A stretch of 64,000 nucleotides of DNA from a bacterium (GTDB taxonomy: Bacteria; Patescibacteriota; Minisyncoccia; Phycocordibacterales; UBA9973). Position 1 is the first letter of the stretch, and each line of letters begins with the position of its first letter. The stretch covers positions 65,738 to 129,737 of the forward strand of contig JAIXRY010000006.1 in the NCBI GenBank assembly GCA_027484965.1, read 5' to 3'. Below are positions 28,468 through 38,086 of this stretch, piece after piece. The position numbers and the translations under genes were made by a program. Under the pieces are notes generated by a model. The model saw nothing but the letters and a program-made list of their open reading frames with translations, had not been told where the DNA came from and did not search any database.

Positions 28468-28826
28468 TTACTTGTTTTTCGCTCTATCTTCAAAGAAAGT
28501 TTTAAGGGTTTCAGAAGGGGCTTTATTGCTATCATAATAATACTTATAGTAAGTACTCCCAAGATTGTTTGAGTAAAAATCTTGAGTCTGATAAGCACTA
28601 TCTCCTTGATTACGCACAATTTGACCTACTAACTGAGCATTTTCGACGGCAAAACCAAATAATTCTCCTTTTTCACCTACAACAAGGAAATGTCTCATAT
28701 CAATAACATCACTACTATTTTTAGATTCAAATACATAACGATATTCTTTATTTGGTCCTTCAGCGGAAGATGACAGAGTACTTTTACCCAGTCTTTTCTT
28801 GAAAGTACTTTAGTGATTTGATTCAT
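28468..28826 (-). pseudogene. probable frameshifted small gene (two overlapping open frames)
   Basis: An ATG at 28826 opens a 43-codon frame. A second frame is open from 28809 through the 76-aa ORF 28468..28698. The two frames overlap for about 110 nt without stops, which is unusual in AT-rich DNA. Confidence 0.3.
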
Positions 28827-28840
28827 ACTTATATTAAATA

Positions 28841-29755
28841 TTATTTACTCTCCATAAAATCATATGCGACTTTTGCAAGTTTTTGTATTTGAAAATAGCT
28901 TTTTGGTGAAATAGATTTATTTACAGACATTACAGCAATTACATAATATGAATTTTTACCTCTTACAACACCCACATCATTACTCCATCTTATAATTGCC
29001 CACCCTTTTTTTATAATAGCTTTCAACAAAGAAAGCATATTATATCTATATAAATTTGTCTCAAGCCACCCTCCCTTGCCATAGTAATTTTCATACACAT
29101 CATTCAACCACAAACCTTTTTTGCCTTGTCTATTAAAACGAAGCATATATTCTTTCAATTTTTTTGAGACAAAAGAACTAATTAATTTTTCTTTTTCAAC
29201 TAAGCATAAAAACTCTACAAGGTGTCTAACACAAGATAGTGTTGTTTCTGAGAATCTATAATCCTTATCTTCCTTAATCCTATCTAAGAATTTTCTCGTC
29301 ACTTCGCTTCCGTACCAATTATACTTGTGTACAATATTCGCTGTAATACTTTCACGCCCAACTAAGTCAATAAGAGTATTTGAAGCTGTATTATCGCTTC
29401 GAGTAAGCATTAGATCTAGCAAATAATCAATAGAAACATTATCACCTTCTTTTAATAAATTCCTTGTATCCCCTGGAAATATTTTGGAATCTTTATCTAC
29501 ATCATTTGGTGATTTTATTTCTATTATTTGATCGAGAGAAAAATCACCTATTTCTATTCTTCTCAAAACCTCAGCTCCAACAAATATTTTATAGACAGAT
29601 GCTGGATAGATAAAATGATCCATATTATAGCCAAATATTTTTGGTTCAGAATAATTTAAATCAATAATAGCTATACCCATTTCATTTTTAGTAAATCCGT
29701 AGGTGTCGAGAATTTTCTTTAAATCTTGACTTCTTTTGATGTTTTCATTAAACAT
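28841..29755 (-). CDS. class A beta-lactamase-family serine hydrolase homolog without a signal peptide
   Basis: YPASVYKIFVGAEVLRR (SxxK, close to the TEM block FPMMSTFKVLLCGAVLSR), RSDNTASNTLI (SDN loop), YGKGGW (KTG-like) at class A spacing. The N-terminus aligns with mature TEM, so no leader. Confidence 0.75.
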   Translation of the reverse strand: MFNENIKRSQDLKKILDTYGFTKNEMGIAIIDLNYSEPKIFGYNMDHFIYPASVYKIFVGAEVLRRIEIGDFSLDQIIEIKSPNDVDKDSKIFPGDTRNLLKEGDNVSIDYLLDLMLTRSDNTASNTLIDLVGRESITANIVHKYNWYGSEVTRKFLDRIKEDKDYRFSETTLSCVRHLVEFLCLVEKEKLISSFVSKKLKEYMLRFNRQGKKGLWLNDVYENYYGKGGWLETNLYRYNMLSLLKAIIKKGWAIIRWSNDVGVVRGKNSYYVIAVMSVNKSISPKSYFQIQKLAKVAYDFMESK

Positions 29756-29825
29756 TCATTAATTATATCAAAAAAATTATATTTTTTACTTTTTATAATA
29801 AAAATGATATATTTAAAAACAAAAA

Positions 29826-30362
29826 ATGGAAGATAAAGAAAAAATAGAACTTATTGAAAAAGCTCTAAAAAAAATTAACGGTGTTAATGTAATGATTAAA
29901 AACGATGAGGGAAAAATCCTTGTCGGAAGATCAACATATGGAGAAAAACTTTTTATGTTACCGGGAGGAGCTGTAGAACGAGGAGAATTGCCCAAACACG
30001 CAGCTGCTTCAGAAACAGAAGAAGAAACAGGTATTATTATTGAAGAAAGGGACTTAATTTTGATTGGATATGTCACCCAGAGATTAAAAGGTCTGCAATC
30101 TGCACAAGGAACAGTCTTTATATATGAGTGTACAAAGTATTCAGAGCAACAATTAATGTCTTTTATCCCAGAACTTATAGATATTTCTTTTATGTCATTT
30201 GAAGAAATATATAAAAGAAAAAATGAGTTCGGACTCGGATATTTACGAATGATTATTGCCTACCATAGAGTTATTGAAGAATGCGAACCAGTAATCCCAT
30301 TCGAAAGAAGCTTATCTGATTCAATTGAGATATTTTTTAATGGACACCTTATTCAAGCTTAA
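29826..30362 (+). CDS. NUDIX hydrolase
   Basis: Nudix box GGAVERGELPKHAAASETEEETGI (Gx5Ex7[S]EUxEExGU). Confidence 0.8.
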   Translation: MEDKEKIELIEKALKKINGVNVMIKNDEGKILVGRSTYGEKLFMLPGGAVERGELPKHAAASETEEETGIIIEERDLILIGYVTQRLKGLQSAQGTVFIYECTKYSEQQLMSFIPELIDISFMSFEEIYKRKNEFGLGYLRMIIAYHRVIEECEPVIPFERSLSDSIEIFFNGHLIQA

Positions 30363-30387
30363 GACCCGTATACGGGTCTTTTTTTAT
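30361..30387 (+). terminator. hairpin terminator AGACCCGTATACGGGTCT + T7
   Basis: Directly after the NUDIX stop. Confidence 0.55.
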
Positions 30388-30401
30388 GCTAAAATATAGT
30401 C

Positions 30402-31082
30402 ATGAAAGCAATCATTCTCGCAGCTGGAAAAGGAACAAGGCTTAAACCTCTTACAGAAAAAACGCCTAAACCACTTCTAAAAATAAAAGATAAAACAATT
30501 CTTGAACATATAATCATATCTCTTCCTGACTCTATAGAAGATATCTATATAGTAGCTGATTATTTAATAGAACAAATGGAAGATTTTGTAAAAACAGTTC
30601 AAATCAAAAAGAATATATACATTATAAAGCAAATATCTGCTCACACAGGCACCATGGCTGCACTTTTATCTGTAAAGCCTTACATAGGAAAAGATGAGCG
30701 CTTCTTAGTGCTAAACGGAGATGACTTGCAAGAAAAAGAAGAGCTGGGCAAATATCTTGAGTATAAGAGGGCGTTTGGAGTGCAACATGCCCATATCCCC
30801 TATTTTGCAATAGAAATAGAAAATGGATTAGTGAAAGGATTTAGACCTCAAACAGAAGAAGAAAAAAATGGCTTAGGTGCCAAGATTGCTACTGGTACTT
30901 ATGTACTTGATTATGAAATATTTAATACAGAACCTATATTGCTTTCTGATGGAAGTATAGGACTTCCTCAAACAATACTCGCAACACAAAATTATCCAAT
31001 AAATTCAGTCGAAACAAAAAATTGGAAACAGATAAATACATTGGAAGATTACAATAAAGTTTTAAAAGAATTTGAAATATAA
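30402..31082 (+). CDS. sugar-phosphate nucleotidyltransferase (NTP_transferase fold)
   Basis: N-terminal MKAIILAAGKGTRLKPLT motif typical of RmlA/GlmU/ManC-type nucleotidyltransferases. Confidence 0.75.
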   Translation: MKAIILAAGKGTRLKPLTEKTPKPLLKIKDKTILEHIIISLPDSIEDIYIVADYLIEQMEDFVKTVQIKKNIYIIKQISAHTGTMAALLSVKPYIGKDERFLVLNGDDLQEKEELGKYLEYKRAFGVQHAHIPYFAIEIENGLVKGFRPQTEEEKNGLGAKIATGTYVLDYEIFNTEPILLSDGSIGLPQTILATQNYPINSVETKNWKQINTLEDYNKVLKEFEI

Positions 31083-31087
31083 TTTTT

Positions 31088-31729
31088 TTATTCTATACCT
31101 TCATAAAATCCTTGTTTTTTAGCAGTATATATAGCCCACGTTTTATCTCCGTAGGAATAATGCCACCATTCAAAGGGGTTTGTATTTATAAGACCAGAAT
31201 TAGTCATAGTCCAATACAATAATTCTCTATTCTTCTTTTGTATTATTGTTAAATCTTGGTATCTAGTATGTGATTTTTCAGAGGCTTCTCCAAAATTTGA
31301 ACCCATATCAAGAGGGATTTTATTCTCATCTAAAATAACAACATCTACAGCACCTCCAGTATTGTGAGGTTCTCCAATTTTAGGATAAGCAGCATATTTT
31401 CTTATTATTTTTTCTTTTAAAAATTTTGGTAGATACCAATATTTTTTTGAAATTTTTTTATACTTACTATTCCAGACTTCTTGTTGTAAAGAAATAGGAA
31501 TATACGCAGACATTACCATAAATGAATATTTTTCTGGAAGGTTTTCTGATGCATTTTGTAGCATTTCCCAAACAGTTTTTCTTAGTTTTGGAACAAGCCA
31601 TTTACTCCCATCATTTCTCAAAAAAATATTTTGTGTTTCGTGTATATCAATAAGTGGATCATTATTTTCAATAATGATTATTTTTTGTATTTCTTCTCTA
31701 GAGAATAAATTTATTTCTGGTATTTGCAT
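31088..31729 (-). CDS. M15-family D-alanyl-D-alanine dipeptidase (VanX/DdpX-like)
   Basis: GEPHNTGGAVDVVIL (Zn ligands H, D) and EWWHYSYGD (E-x-x-H) motifs. Likely co-transcribed with dnaJ, whose stop is 9 nt upstream. Confidence 0.65.
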   Translation of the reverse strand: MQIPEINLFSREEIQKIIIIENNDPLIDIHETQNIFLRNDGSKWLVPKLRKTVWEMLQNASENLPEKYSFMVMSAYIPISLQQEVWNSKYKKISKKYWYLPKFLKEKIIRKYAAYPKIGEPHNTGGAVDVVILDENKIPLDMGSNFGEASEKSHTRYQDLTIIQKKNRELLYWTMTNSGLINTNPFEWWHYSYGDKTWAIYTAKKQGFYEGIE

Positions 31730-31738
31730 GCTTACTTT

Positions 31739-32812
31739 TTATAACCCCTCCTCCTTCAATTTCTCTATTATTTCACGAGTCTTTTTTGAGAGTTTTGTTG
31801 GGAAAGCGATCTTTATGCGGAGCAAGATATCGCCTCGCTTTCCACGATTTGGAACACCTTTACCTTTTATACGAAGAAGTTCACCGTGTGTAATACCTTC
31901 TGGAATCTTCACATCAAGGTCTCCATCAAGAGTCTTGAGCTTGTATGTAGTACCTAGAAGCGCGTCTGAGAGCTTCAAAGATACATCTTTGTACAAATCG
32001 AAGCCTTGTCTTACGAAGTCTTTGTGAGCAAGAACATTCACACGAATATACAAATCTCCTGATTGTCCACCAGATACAGCTTCGCCCATTCCTGTCATTC
32101 TAACCATCTGGCCATTTTCGATACCACTTGGAATATTCACTTTTATTTCTTCTCTAACATGGTCTACACCTTTTCCATTACAAGATTTACATTTGTGTTC
32201 TGGAACCTTGCCACTTCCGCGACAAGTATCACAAACACGTTCTGATTGGAATGTACCGAGGAAAGAACGCTTTGTTTCAATGATTCTTCCTTTTCCATTA
32301 CAAGAGTCACAAGTCTTCTGCTTGCTTCCAGATTCTGCACCTGATCCAGAACAAGTTTTACACACACCTGTCTTATTCAATACAACAGTTCTTTCTGTTC
32401 CAAAAACAGAATCTTCAAAACTAATATGAAGCTCAGTAGATATGTCTGCGCCACGACGTGGTCCGCGAGAACGTCCGCCACCAAAAATATCTCCGAATAT
32501 ATCTCCGAAGTCATTCATGTCGAATTCTACACCACCATTTTGGAATCCTGAGAAATCAAATCCTCCGAAACCACCCTGTCCTTGTCCACCACCGAAGCCT
32601 TGAGGTCCAGCACTTCCGAATTGGTCGTATTGAGCACGCTTAGAATCATCAGATAGAGTCTGATATGCTTCATTAGCTTCTTTGAACTTTGAATCGTCAC
32701 CACCATTTTTGTCTGGGTGATGCTTGTGAGCCATTTTGTGAAAGGCCTTCTTGATCTCATCTTTTGACGCACCTTTTTCTACACCAAGAATTTCGTAATA
32801 ATTTTTAGACAT
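31739..32812 (-). CDS. dnaJ: chaperone DnaJ
   Basis: J domain with HPD, G/F-rich linker, four CxxCxGxG zinc-finger repeats. Confidence 0.9.
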   Translation of the reverse strand: MSKNYYEILGVEKGASKDEIKKAFHKMAHKHHPDKNGGDDSKFKEANEAYQTLSDDSKRAQYDQFGSAGPQGFGGGQGQGGFGGFDFSGFQNGGVEFDMNDFGDIFGDIFGGGRSRGPRRGADISTELHISFEDSVFGTERTVVLNKTGVCKTCSGSGAESGSKQKTCDSCNGKGRIIETKRSFLGTFQSERVCDTCRGSGKVPEHKCKSCNGKGVDHVREEIKVNIPSGIENGQMVRMTGMGEAVSGGQSGDLYIRVNVLAHKDFVRQGFDLYKDVSLKLSDALLGTTYKLKTLDGDLDVKIPEGITHGELLRIKGKGVPNRGKRGDILLRIKIAFPTKLSKKTREIIEKLKEEGL

Positions 32813-32903
32813 AGTTAGTTGTTTTTAAATTATGCCCAAAATATGGGACTACTGATAAAAATATGTATGTATCATAGCATAAAATGAGTATTTTGCGAAT
32901 ATA

Positions 32904-33629
32904 CTATTTTGCCAAAAACTGCTTTCTTTCTGCTTCAGGAAAACGTTCTATCGCATAACGAAGGGTTGTTCTTGGGAGAGAATTTTTGTGCTTTTGTAAG
33001 AAATTCTTTAATACATTTTCATCTTTTTTGCCGACCTCACGAAGCATCCAACCACAAGCTTTGTGATTCAAATCTTCTTTGTCATTCTTTAGAATAAGGA
33101 CAATATCGAGAGAGTGTGAAAACACACCCTTTTTAATAAAAGTATAAGTAGAGACTATAGAAATTCTTCTGTCCCATAAATTTTTTGAATTTGAAAGGGA
33201 AGTCAAAATTTCTTTTATTTCACTCGCCTTCTTATTTTCAAAAAGATAATTTCCAAATATTTTGTATACAGAAGTATCTACCAGATCCCAATTGTTTATA
33301 TACTTTTTATTTTTGAAATAAAAATTAAATATAACTTCCCTTTCTTTGTCATTTTTTAATTTAGTCGCCTCTTCGTATTGCAAAACAAGAATATGTAGAG
33401 CAACCAATCTCACTTCGTGGTATGGATTTTTTAGTAATTCTAAAATACTCTTCTTGTCTAAGTCTTTATACTTTTTAGAGATTGCTCTACATTCTGGGAC
33501 TGTTGCACCTATAAACAAATCTCCTTCTCCATATTCACCCTTACCTGTCTTGAAAAAGTATTTTGAGTGTTCACTGCGCTCAATATTTCCAAGTTTTTTT
33601 AGTTCTTTTATGAGAGAATCTATATTCAT
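32904..33629 (-). CDS. DNA alkylation repair glycosylase-like HEAT-repeat protein (AlkD/AlkC family)
   Basis: SKYFFKTGKGEYGEGDLFIGATVPECRAISKKY matches the family N-terminal block. Confidence 0.7.
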   Translation of the reverse strand: MNIDSLIKELKKLGNIERSEHSKYFFKTGKGEYGEGDLFIGATVPECRAISKKYKDLDKKSILELLKNPYHEVRLVALHILVLQYEEATKLKNDKEREVIFNFYFKNKKYINNWDLVDTSVYKIFGNYLFENKKASEIKEILTSLSNSKNLWDRRISIVSTYTFIKKGVFSHSLDIVLILKNDKEDLNHKACGWMLREVGKKDENVLKNFLQKHKNSLPRTTLRYAIERFPEAERKQFLAK

Positions 33630-33792
33630 TTTTGTATTATATCAAAATAAATTTAAACTGTAATTTATTATATTTGAGCAAAATAAAGGTTAGGAAATAA
33701 GGTTTTACACCTTTGTTTTGACAGCGCTCGGACAATGTGAAAATATAAACACACTTTCACTTGATCCTCTCTTGGCAAAATAAAAGGATCGC

Positions 33793-34353
33793 TTAACGCG
33801 ACCCTAATTTAGCTGTAGTTATTACAATTTCTTCCTCAATTCCATAATGATCATGTTGAGCTTGTTTGGAATCCGAAGCACAAGAACTACACCTGAAATT
33901 CATATTTTCTACCTCTGTAGCGATCCATTTTTTCTCTTCTTCAGAAAAATTCTGGAATTTAAGAACAAATAGAACCCTATCTGCTCCACTTGGATTTACT
34001 TCGAAAACTACAAAGTCTTCTTCAAAATCTTTTAGAATTGCCTGATAAGAAAAGCAGGCAACATCTCCAATGTTATTAAAAATAACACGTGAATGAAATT
34101 CAACTAAGTCTAAATCTTTTGACGGCATAAACTCTCCAAGAGGTTCACTCAACAAAATAATTTTATGACAGCTCCCTTTAAGTTGGGAAAATTTTTGATT
34201 AGATACAGCTTTTCTAGCTGTTTCTAGTGGTTGATTTGAAAAAATGTAAATAATTCCAGGTTCAACCCTGTCTGTAAAAAAATCGTTGAATTTGTTAATC
34301 CAATCTTCTGCTCTTTCAGGAGATGTTTTTGGGTCTTTTAAGCTAGTAGCCAT
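33793..34353 (-). CDS. hypothetical protein (186 aa)
   Basis: ORF with a downstream hairpin at about 33764-33792. Confidence 0.5.
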   Translation of the reverse strand: MATSLKDPKTSPERAEDWINKFNDFFTDRVEPGIIYIFSNQPLETARKAVSNQKFSQLKGSCHKIILLSEPLGEFMPSKDLDLVEFHSRVIFNNIGDVACFSYQAILKDFEEDFVVFEVNPSGADRVLFVLKFQNFSEEEKKWIATEVENMNFRCSSCASDSKQAQHDHYGIEEEIVITTAKLGSR

Positions 34354-34426
34354 AATCGTTTGTTTTTGGGTTGTGAAAAAAAATGAAAAATCTGAAACTA
34401 TTGTACAATATTTGAATATAAAAGTA

Positions 34427-34476
34427 AATAGGAGAGGAATTTGGGATAATATCCCAAATTCCTCTCCTATTTTTGT
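34427..34476 (-). terminator. long perfect hairpin (about 19-bp stem) downstream of msrA
   Basis: ATAGGAGAGGAATTTGGGA-TAAT-ATCCCAAATTCCTCTCCTAT. Confidence 0.55.
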
Positions 34477-34481
34477 TAATT

Positions 34482-35021
34482 TTATTGTTTTAATTTATCA
34501 GAAAAATCTTTTTGTAACTTTTCTAATTTTGGACTAATTACAATACTACAATAAGGAAATTCTTTATTCTTTTCATAATAGTTTGAATGATATTCTTCTG
34601 CAGAATAGAATGCTTTTGCAAAATCTATTTCAGTAGTTACAAACTTCCCTTCATCCAAATGTCTTTGAACATTACTTGCAATATCTTTTGCAACACCCAA
34701 CTGCTCTTGTGTTGTACAAAAAATCGCAGACCGATACTGAGTACCAATGTCTGCGCCTTGTCTGTTTTTAGTAGTTGAATCATGAATTTCAAAAAATATC
34801 TCAATCAAATCTTCAATCATAAGAAGTTCTGGATCATATACAACCTCTACCACTTCTGCGTGCCCTGTTTCTCCACTCGAGACCATATCATAATCAGGAT
34901 GAGGAATATCTCCACCCATATATCCAGGTCTTACAGAAATAACTCCATAGACACTTTTAAATATAGCTTCTGTACACCAGAAGCACCCTCCTCCCAAATA
35001 TATCGTTTCGGTTTTATTCAT
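34482..35021 (-). CDS. msrA: peptide methionine sulfoxide reductase MsrA
   Basis: GGGCFWC active-site motif near the N-terminus. Confidence 0.9.
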   Translation of the reverse strand: MNKTETIYLGGGCFWCTEAIFKSVYGVISVRPGYMGGDIPHPDYDMVSSGETGHAEVVEVVYDPELLMIEDLIEIFFEIHDSTTKNRQGADIGTQYRSAIFCTTQEQLGVAKDIASNVQRHLDEGKFVTTEIDFAKAFYSAEEYHSNYYEKNKEFPYCSIVISPKLEKLQKDFSDKLKQ

Positions 35022-35078
35022 ATACTAAGTATATTACCCCCACATAAAAGCGCAAGGGATTTTGGAAAATTGCGCATA

Positions 35079-36734
35079 CTATCTTTTTATAAAAAGTCTT
35101 GCCAATCTCAACTCATCAAAAGAATACTTCTTTCCCTCTTTTTCTGCTATAGATTTCAAGGCTGTAAGTTTTCCTTCTGTTTTTTCAAAATATTTCTCAA
35201 CAAAAGTCACAACCTTCCTATCGTGCTTCAAATGATTTATAGAAATATCATCATCGAGAAGAAGAATCTTTTCTAAATGCTCAAATATTGTCCCAACAGT
35301 AAGTTTTCTCTTTTTAGCTATTTCTTCTACAGAATAATATTTTGGAATTAATTCCCTTGTCTTATCTATGGTACTGAGTTTCTCCTCTGCTTCTAATTTT
35401 TTCTTTTCGAGAGTTCCACCCATTCTTTCTATGAAATCATGCTCTAGCTTGGTTTGAGCTTCTTCTGATAAGTCACCAAACAAAGATATATTCGCATTAC
35501 TCTCTCCACGAAGACTTTCATCGAAGAGAAGTATTGCAGGATCCATTTGTACAGCATTATTATTAAAACCTATCAATTTAATACCTGAAAGCTTTCTTAC
35601 ACGAGAAAGTGCTACATATCCCATACCGTGTCCAAAAGATTTGGACAAATCAATCTCTGCAAGATCAAGTGACATTCCCTGACTCTTGTGAATAGTGATA
35701 GCCCAAGCGAGACGTATAGGAAGCTGACTGATTGAAGCCTTAACCTTTCCATCTTCTTCAATACTCCATGTATCTGGCTGAATATGAATGGTCTTGCCGT
35801 CAAGAGTTTTTATTATAGGAGTTTTGTCTGGAAGAATACTATCAATAATTCCACGAGTTCCATTAACATATCCTCCTTCAAAATTATTCTTAATGAACAT
35901 TACCTGAGTCCCTACTTTCAAAGTAAGTTCTTCATGTGCAAGACAACTCTTCTTCAGAAGCTCAACAAGACTCGGATTACCTTTGCTTACCATATAGTAT
36001 GTCGTACCATAACCTTTCAAGTTAGAAAGCTCTAGAAGATTGAGACTATCAACATCAACATTGTGAGTATAAAGCTTAGTTGGAATCATGTCTCCTTCGA
36101 TTTCTACATGCATTCTTTGCTGAAGTTGTTCATAGTGCATCTGGTCAAACGAGTCGGTACGTATGGCATTCAATATCTCTGTAAAAGTATCATCTTCCTG
36201 ACGGTGTTGTTCTGTGAGATAACATACAGCAAGCTTTGCATCTCTCCATGCACGTGAATGCATTGCCATATCCTTCGTGTCTGAGGTACGAAAACGTGTC
36301 ACAGGAGGAAGCTGAAAGAAGTCTCCAGAAAAAATAACTTGCAGTCCTCCAAATGGAAGTGTACTTCTTCTAAAGCGACTACATATCTGATCTATCATAT
36401 CGAGTCTGTGTGAGTGAAGCATTGATATTTCATCAATAATAAGCACGCGCGCTCCATCAAATCTTTTCCATAAGTATTGTTTACTCTCAAGATCGTCAAG
36501 ATCTTTGTCTGTGAGTTCTTCACGAATACCAATACCAGACCAAGCGTGAATTGTCTGACCTCCAATATGAGTAGCAGCAATACCAGTCGATGCTGTAATA
36601 GCAACAGGAATATTGTGATCCTTCAAATACTGTATGTATTGATTGATAACGTAAGTCTTACCAGAACCAGCACTACCAGTGAGATATACATTCACACCTG
36701 TTTTCATTATTTTTAATGCTTGTTCTTGAGTCAT
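35079..36734 (-). CDS. PIF1/RecD-like SF1 DNA helicase
   Basis: Walker A GSAGSGKT, VLIIDEISML Walker B, SF1 motifs. C-terminal extension of about 120 aa. Confidence 0.8.
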   Translation of the reverse strand: MTQEQALKIMKTGVNVYLTGSAGSGKTYVINQYIQYLKDHNIPVAITASTGIAATHIGGQTIHAWSGIGIREELTDKDLDDLESKQYLWKRFDGARVLIIDEISMLHSHRLDMIDQICSRFRRSTLPFGGLQVIFSGDFFQLPPVTRFRTSDTKDMAMHSRAWRDAKLAVCYLTEQHRQEDDTFTEILNAIRTDSFDQMHYEQLQQRMHVEIEGDMIPTKLYTHNVDVDSLNLLELSNLKGYGTTYYMVSKGNPSLVELLKKSCLAHEELTLKVGTQVMFIKNNFEGGYVNGTRGIIDSILPDKTPIIKTLDGKTIHIQPDTWSIEEDGKVKASISQLPIRLAWAITIHKSQGMSLDLAEIDLSKSFGHGMGYVALSRVRKLSGIKLIGFNNNAVQMDPAILLFDESLRGESNANISLFGDLSEEAQTKLEHDFIERMGGTLEKKKLEAEEKLSTIDKTRELIPKYYSVEEIAKKRKLTVGTIFEHLEKILLLDDDISINHLKHDRKVVTFVEKYFEKTEGKLTALKSIAEKEGKKYSFDELRLARLFIKR

Positions 36735-36780
36735 GTTGTATAAGTATACACTAATTAAATAATTCTAAATACACCTTATT

Positions 36781-37668
36781 TTACAAGCTTTTTTCCATAG
36801 CATCTTTCAGATTTGTAACAGAGAATACAAAACCTTCTTTTTTAATTTTTGAACTATCTATAACAAAATCTGAAACAAGAGAATCTGCGAATTCTAAGTA
36901 TATGAGCTTTGCAGCAAATACTGGAATTCTCCACAACAAAGGAGACTTAGTCACCACTCTAATAGTATTCATAAAATCTTTTTGAGTTGGACTTTCTACA
37001 GCTGTATTATAAATATCCGAAAGATTGTTCTCTATCGCATATATATACATATCAATAATATCTTGATAAAAAATCCAAGGCATATGTTGCGTCCCATTTC
37101 CAAAATATCCTCCAATCCACTTCTCGAACAATCCTTTCAAGACAGAGAGTAGTCCACCTGGTCCTATCACATGAGCTGTTCGAAGTATTACCGTTCTTAC
37201 TCCAAACTCTTCTGCCTTTTTTGCCTCACTTTCCCAATCAATACAAACACGAGCAAGGAAATCATCTCCTTTTTCTGATTCTTCATTCAAAATATTTTTA
37301 CTACTTTTATAAAACCCAATAGCAGAAGCAGAGACTAAGACTTTTGGTTTTGTCTCTAATTTCTCTATAGCGTCCACAATATTTTTTGTTGTACCTATGC
37401 GAGAATTATAAACCAGTTCTTTGTACTCTTTTGTAAACCTTCCAAAAATGGGCACACCTGCAAGATTTATTATTCCATACACATCATTAAATATATCTAG
37501 ATTCAAAGCATCTTTTGAAATATCTAACGTAACAGAAGATAGATTTGGATTCACAATACGAGAAGGTATTTTATCCAAAACAACAACACCATATCCAAGA
37601 GATAATAATTTTTCACTAAGCTTTGTACCTATAAATCCAGCACCACCTGTTATAAGAATTTTTTTCAT
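36781..37668 (-). CDS. NAD-dependent epimerase/dehydratase family protein (YfcH-like SDR)
   Basis: Rossmann GGAGFIG motif at the N-terminus. Length and C-terminal extension resemble the YfcH family. Confidence 0.7.
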   Translation of the reverse strand: MKKILITGGAGFIGTKLSEKLLSLGYGVVVLDKIPSRIVNPNLSSVTLDISKDALNLDIFNDVYGIINLAGVPIFGRFTKEYKELVYNSRIGTTKNIVDAIEKLETKPKVLVSASAIGFYKSSKNILNEESEKGDDFLARVCIDWESEAKKAEEFGVRTVILRTAHVIGPGGLLSVLKGLFEKWIGGYFGNGTQHMPWIFYQDIIDMYIYAIENNLSDIYNTAVESPTQKDFMNTIRVVTKSPLLWRIPVFAAKLIYLEFADSLVSDFVIDSSKIKKEGFVFSVTNLKDAMEKSL

Positions 37669-37774
37669 TAATTAATTATATCAGACAAAACAAAATCCCA
37701 ATTTTTATTTTAGGATTTCGACTTTCTAAAAGTCTTTAATTTTAAATCTATAATATTAATTAAAAAACCAAATC

Positions 37775-37951
37775 CTAATTAGAATTTGGTTTAGTATTTT
37801 GTCGTATTTCATCTAGTATTCCAAACAAGACCATACAAAATGCCATTGCAGCGATTGACAATAAGAGATCTACTTTTGCTGAAATCAATAAACACATAAT
37901 CAATACAGATGAAACCCAAACAAAAATACTTGGAAATTTTGGTATATTCAT
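37775..37951 (-). CDS. possible small 2-TM membrane peptide (58 aa)
   Basis: ORF in the 418-bp gap between the epimerase gene and dnaK. Below the ORF-track cutoff, weak support. Confidence 0.2.
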   Translation of the reverse strand: MNIPKFPSIFVWVSSVLIMCLLISAKVDLLLSIAAMAFCMVLFGILDEIRQNTKPNSN

Positions 37952-38086
37952 AATTTTAGTTTTTTTTACTATATAATATAAATATCAATTATGCAAATAC
38001 AAAAAGAGCCCTTATTTAGGGCTATTTTTGTAAGAACTATTTATTTTTGTTCTTCAGAAGCTTCAGTACTTTTTTGCACCTCGAAA

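Noticed and set aside
29813-30076. 87-aa minus-strand ORF overlapping the NUDIX gene
   Set aside because: It is antisense to a gene with an intact Nudix box and has no start context.
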